Source of the DNA: an uncultured Candidatus Saccharibacteria bacterium | Lineage (GTDB): Bacteria > Patescibacteriota > Minisyncoccia > Minisyncoccales > JANBVM01 | DNA length: 64,000 nt | Reading direction: 5' to 3' | Assembly (NCBI GenBank): GCA_964514375.1 | Contig: CAZEQH010000003.1 | Coordinates: 12 to 64,011, forward strand | Shown here: positions 1 to 7,291 of the stretch, in pieces | Numbering within the stretch: the first letter of the stretch is position 1 | Layout of the letters: each line of letters starts with the position of its first letter | The notes under the pieces: model-generated | Database searches by the model: none | Told to the model about the DNA's origin: nothing | Seen by the model: only the letters and a program-made list of their open reading frames with translations | Made by a program: the position numbers and the translations under genes

Positions 1-42
1 CCGCCAGCGTTCATCCTGGACCAGGATCAAATCCTCAGAATG
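1..42 (-). rRNA. rrs: 16S rRNA, 5' end only (gene runs off the left edge)
   Basis: Reverse complement reads CATTCTGAGGATTTGATCCTGGTCCAGGATGAACGCTGGCGG. This aligns to the universal SSU 5' end (E. coli AAATTGAAGAGTTTGATCATGGCTCAGATTGAACGCTGGCGG). Confidence 0.8.
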
Positions 43-138
43 AACAAAATTAGATATGAGTAAAACTCATTTTCTAATTTGACGTAATCGGGACAACTTA
101 AAAAGACTCTTTAGTTTTAACGTTCTTCTGCAAGTTGT

Positions 139-167
139 ATTCTATAAAATCTTTCGTCTTCTGTCAA
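139..167 (-). promoter_or_regulatory. Candidate sigma70-type promoter for the rRNA operon
   Basis: On the minus strand: TTGACA (167..162), a 17-nt spacer, then TAGAAT (144..139). It sits about 100 nt upstream of the mature 16S 5' end. Confidence 0.5.
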
Positions 168-188
168 TGCTGATATCAAAAAAAATAA

Positions 189-261
189 GCCACCTCGCGG
201 ATTCGAACCGCGGACCTAAGGTTTACAAAACCTTTGCTCTAACCAACTGAGCTAAGGTGGC
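189..261 (-). tRNA. tRNA-Thr (anticodon UGU)
   Basis: The reverse complement folds as a cloverleaf: acceptor GCCACCT/AGGTGGC, D arm GCTC-AGTTGGTTA-GAGC, anticodon arm AAGGT-TTTGTAA-ACCTT, T arm CGCGG-TTCGAAT-CCGCG. No encoded CCA. Confidence 0.9.
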
Positions 262-263
262 GG

Positions 264-611
264 TTATTTCCTGGTAGCTCTTTTTACTTCATCCCAATAA
301 CCCTCGTCTTCCTCTATCTTCTTCTTCTGATTATTTTCCTTAATCTTCTGCAGCCAGGAAAAAGTCTTATAGTCTGTCTTTAAAGATAAGATTCTGATCT
401 TCTTTAAAGCTTTTTCCAGAAATAAACTGGAAGAAAATCCTTTCCAAGGGTTGATGCCGCTTATCCTTTCGTGAAGGGTAAGTCCCGGAATCCTCTCCTT
501 GACTGCCTCTTCAGGAAGAGCGGCAACAGAAGGCATCTTTCTCAAAACAATCCCTCCTAATCCTAAAGAGCTTCCTAAAAAAACAATGAAAGCTAAGGCA
601 TCATAGCTCAT
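264..611 (-). CDS. Small hypothetical membrane protein (115 aa, one N-terminal TM helix)
   Basis: ORF whose start overlaps the tsf stop (ATGAGCTATGA). Hydrophobic N-terminus AFIVFLGSSLGLGGIVL. No recognisable family. Confidence 0.5.
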   Translation of the reverse strand: MSYDALAFIVFLGSSLGLGGIVLRKMPSVAALPEEAVKERIPGLTLHERISGINPWKGFSSSLFLEKALKKIRILSLKTDYKTFSWLQKIKENNQKKKIEEDEGYWDEVKRATRK

Positions 612-1044
612 ATCTTGTGAAAGCTTCTAAAGTAATGTTTTCTCCGAACTTTGAGATATATTCTGTGATTAAATCCTTGATGCTTTTGGATTGGTCTTTT
701 ATCCAGGGCTGTTCCAGTACTTCGTCTTCCGAAGGCATGGCAGCTATCTGAAGACAAAGTTCATGAGCCAGATTTTTAAAGTCTTCCGAACGGGCTACAA
801 AATCGGATTCGCAGTGCAGTTCTATCAGGACTCCCACCTTGCCTCCGGAATGTATATAACTGTCGATGATTCCCTCGCTAGTTGTGCGGCTGGCTCTTTT
901 GGCGGCTAATTTTTGCCCCTGTTCTTCCAAGATCTTCCTGGCCTTCTCCATGTCACCACCAGCAGACTCCAAAGCCTTCCGGCATTCCATAATAGAGACC
1001 TCCGTTTTGTCACGCAGTTCTTTTATTTTACCTATGGACACCAT
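601..1044 (-). CDS. tsf: Elongation factor Ts, short form (147 aa)
   Basis: N-terminal UBA-like motif IKELRDKTEVSIMECRKALESAGGDMEKA, then the core GVLIELHCESDFVARSEDF. Lies immediately downstream of rpsB, the conserved rpsB-tsf order. Confidence 0.85.
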   Translation of the reverse strand: MVSIGKIKELRDKTEVSIMECRKALESAGGDMEKARKILEEQGQKLAAKRASRTTSEGIIDSYIHSGGKVGVLIELHCESDFVARSEDFKNLAHELCLQIAAMPSEDEVLEQPWIKDQSKSIKDLITEYISKFGENITLEAFTRYEL

Positions 1045-1077
1045 AATAACTTAAAAATATTTAGTATTATATTAGCT

Positions 1078-1863
1078 TTATTTTTCCTTGCTGTCAGTGG
1101 CACCTTCCTCTTTTTCTTTTTGTTTCTGCGCTTCTTCTTTTCTTATATTTTTATTTTCTTCCAGAGCATTAAGGGCAGTTTCTTTTGCCTTCTCCAAGAT
1201 GTATCTTACCGCACTCACCGCATCATCGTTAGCAGGAATAAGGTAGTCCGCCAGAACAGGATTGGTATCGGTATCAGCAACACCGATAATGGGAATGCTT
1301 TTTTCCTTTGCTTCCTTTACCGCTAAATCGTCCTTTCTCATACTGAGGACGAAAATTACATCAGGAAGTTTTTCCATATCCTTAAGCCCTCCGAATTTCC
1401 CGTTGAAGTCTTTTAGCTCCTGGCTCATCTTTGCCTGTTCCTTCTTGGTATATTTTTCAAGCTCTCCCTTGTCTTTTTTTACCTGCAGGTCTTTGAAATA
1501 ATCTATCCTCTTCCTGATCACCTCGAAATTAGTGAAAGTGCCGCCAATCCACCTTTCATTAACGTAAGGGAAACCGCACTGTTCGGCAAAATCCTTGACC
1601 ATTGTCTTGGCTTGAACCTTGGTACCCACTACCAGCAGAACCTTCCCTTGTGAAACGGTCTGCCATAAGAACTTTAAAGCAGCCTCCAACTTCTCCTTTG
1701 TCTTATCAAGGTCCAGAATATTAATGGCATTTCTAACACCGTATAAATACGGCTCCATCTTAGGATGGATCTTTGAAGTCTTGTGTCCAAAGTGAAGACC
1801 GGCCTGAGCCATCTCTTCGATGCTCAGGTCAGGTATTCTTAATTTTATTTCTTTTTCGCTCAT
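1078..1863 (-). CDS. rpsB: 30S ribosomal protein S2
   Basis: Typical S2 sequence (AGLHFGHKTSKIHPKM, YVNERWIGGTFTNF, IPIIGVADTDTNP). Confidence 0.95.
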   Translation of the reverse strand: MSEKEIKLRIPDLSIEEMAQAGLHFGHKTSKIHPKMEPYLYGVRNAINILDLDKTKEKLEAALKFLWQTVSQGKVLLVVGTKVQAKTMVKDFAEQCGFPYVNERWIGGTFTNFEVIRKRIDYFKDLQVKKDKGELEKYTKKEQAKMSQELKDFNGKFGGLKDMEKLPDVIFVLSMRKDDLAVKEAKEKSIPIIGVADTDTNPVLADYLIPANDDAVSAVRYILEKAKETALNALEENKNIRKEEAQKQKEKEEGATDSKEK

Positions 1864-2018
1864 AATAAACTAATTTTATATAGTATATCATATAAAGATA
1901 TTTTTCAAGACTGGCGACCAAAAGGAGGAAAAGTCCTGTCTAAAGAGTCCTCAGCCTTGCTTTTTAAATAATATCTGATAACATATAATATTCATAAAAA
2001 CTGATATTTTAGAGACTT

Positions 2019-2273
2019 ATGAAAAAAGAAATTCATCCTAAATACCACGCCGATACCAAGGTGAAGTGTGCCTGCGGCAATACTTTTACCGCCAGCTCCA
2101 CAAAAGAATATATTGAAACTGAAATCTGCTCTGCATGTCATCCTTTCTACACCGGTAAAGAAAAAATTATCGATACCGTAGGCCAGGTTCAGAAATTCAG
2201 GAGAAGGTTGGAGAAGAAAGTGGAACCCAAAACTAAAAAGAAGAAAGGTAAAAAAAATAAGAAGCAAGCTTAG
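2019..2273 (+). CDS. rpmE: 50S ribosomal protein L31 (Zn-binding type A) with Lys-rich tail
   Basis: [10 protein letters not shown]...CACG...[11 protein letters not shown] is the L31 signature. Confidence 0.95.
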   Translation: MKKEIHPKYHADTKVKCACGNTFTASSTKEYIETEICSACHPFYTGKEKIIDTVGQVQKFRRRLEKKVEPKTKKKKGKKNKKQA

Positions 2274-2330
2274 TTAATCCCTCTATAAAAACATTAATTT
2301 AATGCCTATTAAGAGGCTTTTGAAATTGTT

Positions 2331-3056
2331 ATGCAGTCGGTAATAATAGAAATCAGAGCCGGAGCCGGAGGAGAAGAAGCCGCGCTGTTCGCAGCCAGCC
2401 TCTTTAAGATGTACTGCAAATATGCACAGTATAAAGGCTGGAAGCAGAAATTACTGGATTCACATCCCACTGATTTAGGCGGTTTAAAGTATGTGGCCTT
2501 CGAGCTGAAAAGCGGAGACGCCTATTCAGAACTCAAGTATGAAGGAGGAGTCCACAGAGTGCAGAGAATACCTGAGACAGAAAAGTCAGGACGCATTCAT
2601 ACCTCCACGGCTACCGTAGCGGTCCTGCCCAAGCCGGACGACGTTGATGTAAAAATCAGGCCGGAAGAGCTTAGAATTGATTATTTCAGGGCCTCTGGTC
2701 CCGGAGGACAGTATGTCAATAAGAAGGAAACCGCTGTTAGGATTACCCATATCCCTACCGGCATAGTAGTAAGCTCTCAGAGTGAAAGAAATCAGTTGCA
2801 AAACAAGGAAAATGCCATGACCCTGCTGTCAGCCAAAATCCTTGAGGAAAAAGAGAGGAAGAAAATGCAGTCTTTGAGCAGCGAAAGAAGGTCCCAAATA
2901 GGAGGTGGAGGAAGGGAAGAAAAAATAAGAACCTACAACTTTCCCCAGGATAGAATAACCGACCATAGAATTAAAAAAAGTTGGTATAAAATAGAAAAAA
3001 TCCTGGACGGCGATTTGGGAAAGATAGTGGAAACCCTAAATAAAAAAATGAGGTAA
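2331..3056 (+). CDS. prfA: Peptide chain release factor 1 lacking the N-terminal domain 1 (241 aa)
   Basis: P-x-T tripeptide context RIPETEKSGRIHTSTATVAVLP, GGQ motif SGPGGQYVNK, and an RF1-like C-terminus. The ORF begins at the equivalent of about residue 105-115 of E. coli RF1. In-frame stops lie in the 57 bp upstream. Confidence 0.85.
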   Translation: MQSVIIEIRAGAGGEEAALFAASLFKMYCKYAQYKGWKQKLLDSHPTDLGGLKYVAFELKSGDAYSELKYEGGVHRVQRIPETEKSGRIHTSTATVAVLPKPDDVDVKIRPEELRIDYFRASGPGGQYVNKKETAVRITHIPTGIVVSSQSERNQLQNKENAMTLLSAKILEEKERKKMQSLSSERRSQIGGGGREEKIRTYNFPQDRITDHRIKKSWYKIEKILDGDLGKIVETLNKKMR

Positions 3057-3103
3057 AAACCCCTCCATGGAAAAGCAAAGCATAGGTTAAATCCTATGCT
3101 TTT

Positions 3104-4588
3104 TTAATCGAAAACTCCACTGTCAATATAATCCTGGAACTCAGCGGCATAATCCATAATGCCTTCATGATGCTGGCCTGAGCTGTCCGTCCATCCGTAG
3201 ACATAAGCTTTTCCTCCTGCTTGGATACATCGGGAAGTCATACTGCTGGTTCCGCAGAGATAGGCGGTAGCTGCTCCTATTTCGTCATACATCTTCTGAG
3301 AATCCGCTCCCCAATCGGAAAGATAAAGACCGGCGGCCAGAAAAGCGTCTTGAATCCTCCAGGGGTTGGCAGGCTTATTGCCTGTAATCGCCTCTATCCT
3401 GCCCTTGTATCCCAAGTCCAACCAGGTACTGGGCATAAATTGGGCGGGACCCATAGCTCCTCCCATTTGCACCTTCCCATTCCCTACCCAGCAGGATACG
3501 GGTACATTATCCTCATCCATACCCAATTCAGCAGTAACTTTTAGAAAAGAGGGCCATTGAGTCTTGGACATAACAGTTTTCCATGATATGCCAGGATACT
3601 GACAGTAGGAACAATTACACTGTCCTACATTCTGTCCTATCCTGGATTCCACCTGCAGCAATCCCATAAGAAAAGCAGGACGTACTCCAGTTACTCCTTC
3701 CACGTATTTAGCCAAAGCATAGGCCTCTTCCAAGGTAGGAGCCTCTGATTCCGGAATCTGAGCCAGTCTGAATATTCTCTTTCTGATTTCCTGAGCGTTA
3801 GCGTTAACTTCTGCCAGATATTCTTCATAAGCCGCTTTTTCTCCCTGAACCTTAGCTAGAAGATATTGCTTTTCCTGTTTGACCTGTTCTCCCTCCTGCT
3901 GCTGCAGCCTCTGAATGAGCACCTGTCTCTCCAGATCCTCCTTTTCTCCATCGAGAGAATTTTTCTGATCCTCCAGGTAGGATTTTAATTCCTTGATATT
4001 GTCCAGAAGTTCCTGATTCCTGGCACCCAGAACCTCTAGAGACATAAGGTCGCTGAAGAAATCTGAGAAATTATCTTCCGCCAGCAGAATCTCCATAACA
4101 GATTTTTGGTCTTCTTCATGAACCGTTCTCAAGATGTTAACCAGATGGTCTTCTACGTCGCTGATTTTTATGGAAGTCTTATCTATGGAGGCTTCCGTAT
4201 CCTGAACTTGTAATCCCAGGTCCTTGACTATAAGATTACTCTGGTAAATCTGGTTCTTAAGCTGATTGACGCGGCTGCTCAAAAGGTAAACCTCGTTCTG
4301 ATAGCTTTTTTCTTTTGTTTTGGCGCCTTGTATGTCCTGTTCCAGTTGAGAGCTAGCATCTTCATAATAAGCCTTGCATTTTTCCAGCAGCTGCTGACAA
4401 GCCTCCTGAGAAATAATGTTGCATTCCTTATCAATATTATCCAGCTCACATACGGTTTCCAAATCTTCTCCGAAACTCTGTCCTTGTGTGACTGACGCCC
4501 ACACTAAAAAACTCCCCAGTAATATTACGGTTGTCAAAGATATGAACAGCCATATGGGGAATTTTTCTTGATTATAGAAACGATTCAT
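3104..4588 (-). CDS. Membrane-anchored coiled-coil protein with C-terminal lytic transglycosylase-like (MltB/SLT_2-like) domain
   Basis: N-terminal TM helix, about 250 aa of heptad-rich sequence, then LLQVESRIGQ ... GAMGPAQFMPSTW, which resembles lytic murein transglycosylase motifs. Confidence 0.65.
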   Translation of the reverse strand: MNRFYNQEKFPIWLFISLTTVILLGSFLVWASVTQGQSFGEDLETVCELDNIDKECNIISQEACQQLLEKCKAYYEDASSQLEQDIQGAKTKEKSYQNEVYLLSSRVNQLKNQIYQSNLIVKDLGLQVQDTEASIDKTSIKISDVEDHLVNILRTVHEEDQKSVMEILLAEDNFSDFFSDLMSLEVLGARNQELLDNIKELKSYLEDQKNSLDGEKEDLERQVLIQRLQQQEGEQVKQEKQYLLAKVQGEKAAYEEYLAEVNANAQEIRKRIFRLAQIPESEAPTLEEAYALAKYVEGVTGVRPAFLMGLLQVESRIGQNVGQCNCSYCQYPGISWKTVMSKTQWPSFLKVTAELGMDEDNVPVSCWVGNGKVQMGGAMGPAQFMPSTWLDLGYKGRIEAITGNKPANPWRIQDAFLAAGLYLSDWGADSQKMYDEIGAATAYLCGTSSMTSRCIQAGGKAYVYGWTDSSGQHHEGIMDYAAEFQDYIDSGVFD

Positions 4589-4598
4589 AGGAAAGAGG

Positions 4599-5282
4599 TT
4601 ATTGGCCTTCTTTCTTTCCGCCAGCCGGAGGCTGCCCTGCTTCTCCGCCGGTTGGCGGATTCTCGGCTTCTTTCTTCGTTACAGGGGCTTTCTCCTCCAG
4701 AGGGGCTTTCTCTATTTCCTCCACTTTTTCCGGGGGAGATACGGAAATCAATATCTCTTCCGGATCCCTTAAAATCTTGACTCCTTCCGGTACTTCCAAA
4801 TCTCCAACCAGAATAACATCGTCAAACGTCTCTAATTTCTTAATGTTTACCTTAACGTCCTGCGGCAGCTTCTGGGGCAGAGCCTTCACTTCAATCTCGG
4901 ATATGTTCTGTACGAGCGTACCTTCCATGTTTTTAACGGCCGGCGCTATACCTTCCAGAACTATGGGAACGGTAACTTCCGTTTCCTCCTTCAGCAGGGG
5001 TTGATAGAAATCTACATGAGTAGGCTTTCCGCTCAAAGGTCCGTACTGAACGTCATGGATTAAAACCAGAACCTCTTCTTTCTTGTCTTTAACCTTCAAA
5101 GATACCAATGAGCTTTCTCCGGCTTTCTTTAGAACGCTTTCAAAATCTTTAAGCTGCACTTTGAGGTTGAGATTTTCCTTTATCTCAGGACCGTACAAAA
5201 CCGCAGGAATGGATTTTTCCTTGCGAAGGCTTTTTGTTCCCTTTTTAACTTTTTTCCGCAATTCGGATGAGAGAGAAATCAT
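4599..5282 (-). CDS. rplY: 50S ribosomal protein L25 / general stress protein Ctc
   Basis: N-terminal LRKEKSIPAVLYGP plus the two-domain Ctc architecture. Pro/Gly-rich C-terminal tail. Confidence 0.9.
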   Translation of the reverse strand: MISLSSELRKKVKKGTKSLRKEKSIPAVLYGPEIKENLNLKVQLKDFESVLKKAGESSLVSLKVKDKKEEVLVLIHDVQYGPLSGKPTHVDFYQPLLKEETEVTVPIVLEGIAPAVKNMEGTLVQNISEIEVKALPQKLPQDVKVNIKKLETFDDVILVGDLEVPEGVKILRDPEEILISVSPPEKVEEIEKAPLEEKAPVTKKEAENPPTGGEAGQPPAGGKKEGQ

Positions 5283-5422
5283 GATAAATTAAGATTATTC
5301 TCGTATGTCATGAAAATACCCTAAGGATCCATAAAGCCCTGTGGAATTATGCCTTTACCTGGGGCTCTTTATTTACGGCTATTATATTAGCAAGGAAAAT
5401 TAAAAAATGCAATTGCCATCTT

Positions 5423-6352
5423 TTACCTTCCCTTCTCGTATATCCTGAAAGCCTCCTTCACGGTCTTGTTCTCTACGGTTATGGCATAAATTGCATTACA
5501 CATACTAACCGCTTCCGAAAAGCTTTTCTGGTGGATGTTCCTGCCGGTTGCGTTCCCGGACACCCCGACTTGAATCTGGTCGTAAAGCCTCTGAAGAAAT
5601 CCCTTAACATCTACGGAGGAACCGCCCGCGCACACCACCTTTGTCCTGCCGGCTGCCAAAACGGCTTCCTTTAAGGGTTCTGCCAGATACTCACCATCTT
5701 TCTTAGGTGCATTGATTTTCACGAAATCGCTTCCCAGGCAGGCTGCCACCCCAGTAGCTCCTGCCAGCAGATGAGGATCTTTCTCGTCCGGCACCGCCTT
5801 TCCTCTCGGGTAGATCCACAAAACAGTAAGAAGACCGTTCTTATGAGCTTCGTAAACCATTCTGGAAGCCTCCCTGAGCATTTCTGCCTCAAATTCGCTT
5901 CCCAGATAGATGGTATAACCTACTGCCATTATCTTTAAGCCCGAAATCTTTCTGAATTCAACCGCTTCCGATACGTCAATGACTTTTCCGTTCAGAGGGT
6001 CACGCTGTTCCGCCTTAACCAGGTTTGACTTGGAGTTGAGCTTAATAAGGTATTGAATATTCTTGTAATCCTTTCCATATTTGGCTATCAGCCCTAATTG
6101 GGTCGCCAGAACCCCTATTTTGGCTTTATTAGCCACGCGGAACAGGTGCTCTGGTGAAGCATCGTCCAGATGGATTTCTTCCCCATAAAAATCATTGTTT
6201 AGATGCTCTATCTTCTGGTCCCCGGCAAAGAGCATCAGCCTTCCGGAACCGCGGGTCACGTTTAGGAAATTGGCAGTGTAGGTTTTCTTCATCTTCTCGG
6301 GAACATCGGCCGGAATCTTTACGTCTTTGGACGTTACTTTTGCTTTTTTCAT
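5423..6352 (-). CDS. Class I fructose-bisphosphate aldolase, DhnA/FbaB (archaeal) type
   Basis: DhnA-family features (LMLFAGDQKIEH, VGYTIYLGSE, DFVKINAPK with the candidate Schiff-base Lys). Adjacent to fbp. Confidence 0.75.
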   Translation of the reverse strand: MKKAKVTSKDVKIPADVPEKMKKTYTANFLNVTRGSGRLMLFAGDQKIEHLNNDFYGEEIHLDDASPEHLFRVANKAKIGVLATQLGLIAKYGKDYKNIQYLIKLNSKSNLVKAEQRDPLNGKVIDVSEAVEFRKISGLKIMAVGYTIYLGSEFEAEMLREASRMVYEAHKNGLLTVLWIYPRGKAVPDEKDPHLLAGATGVAACLGSDFVKINAPKKDGEYLAEPLKEAVLAAGRTKVVCAGGSSVDVKGFLQRLYDQIQVGVSGNATGRNIHQKSFSEAVSMCNAIYAITVENKTVKEAFRIYEKGR

Positions 6353-6358
6353 AGAATT

Positions 6359-7249
6359 TTATTTCTTTTTAGCTAATTTTTTCTCCAGTTTACCTATCAG
6401 GTTCTTGCTGCCCACGTAGGTAGGAGTCCGCTGCTGCAAAGATGTATACTCGACTTTAAGAATGGACTCTTTCCCGTTGGAAGACCTGCCTCCAGCCTGC
6501 TCGATGATAAATGAAATGGGATTGGACTCAGACACTATCCTGAGTTTCCCGTTAGGCTTACCTTTAAGCGCTGGGTAAGCAAAAATACCTCCGTAATGCA
6601 GAATCTGATTGGCGTCTCCCACAAAAGAGCCGCCGTATCTCAATTTATACCCGCTTTGTTCAACTTCCTCTACAAACCCTTTAAACTCCGGCAGCCAGTC
6701 TTTTCTCAACCCTCCCACGCTGTACAGCTTGCCCTTCTGGGGAATTTTCATGTTGGAATTGGTGAGTATGAAACCTTCTGTGGTAAGCATAAACTCTTGT
6801 ACGCCCTTTTTGGTGGCATAAACCAGTGTGTCTACCGGTCCGTAAAGCATATACATAGCCGCTTCTAAATTTTTACCCGGCGCGGGCAGTTCCCTTTTGT
6901 AAATTCCTATAATGGTACCCACCAAATTGTTACTTTCGATATTGGAAGAACCGTCCAAAGGATCCAGTGTGATATTAAAAATTCCTCCTTTGCTCATCTC
7001 CACAATGTCTGGTTCTTCTTCAGATGCCAGACCTTTAACCAGACCCGTCTTTTTGAGCTCTGAGATAATAAACTGGTTAGCCCAATCATCAACTACAAGT
7101 TGGACTTCGCCGTATACGTTTTTCATGTTGGTACTGCCTCTCCTGTAAGGAAGTTCTCTCCTTATCATTTCGCACATCTTGCTGATTTCGAATATCAGAG
7201 ATGCCAATTTCCTGTCATTATTTTTAAGTAGGTGCTGCTTTAATAACAT
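6359..7249 (-). CDS. fbp: Fructose-1,6-bisphosphatase class 1
   Basis: LASEEEPD...DPLDGSSNIESN...GTIIGIY metal-binding motifs of FBPase I. Confidence 0.85.
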   Translation of the reverse strand: MLLKQHLLKNNDRKLASLIFEISKMCEMIRRELPYRRGSTNMKNVYGEVQLVVDDWANQFIISELKKTGLVKGLASEEEPDIVEMSKGGIFNITLDPLDGSSNIESNNLVGTIIGIYKRELPAPGKNLEAAMYMLYGPVDTLVYATKKGVQEFMLTTEGFILTNSNMKIPQKGKLYSVGGLRKDWLPEFKGFVEEVEQSGYKLRYGGSFVGDANQILHYGGIFAYPALKGKPNGKLRIVSESNPISFIIEQAGGRSSNGKESILKVEYTSLQQRTPTYVGSKNLIGKLEKKLAKKK

Positions 7250-7291
7250 GTTGATAAATTTTTATTTTTAAATGCTTCGGTAAGCTCAGAA

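Noticed and set aside
1864-2018. Divergent promoter region between rpsB and rpmE
   Set aside because: It is AT-rich with several TATAAT-like hexamers. I could not pair any of them with a -35 box at acceptable spacing, so no specific promoter is called.
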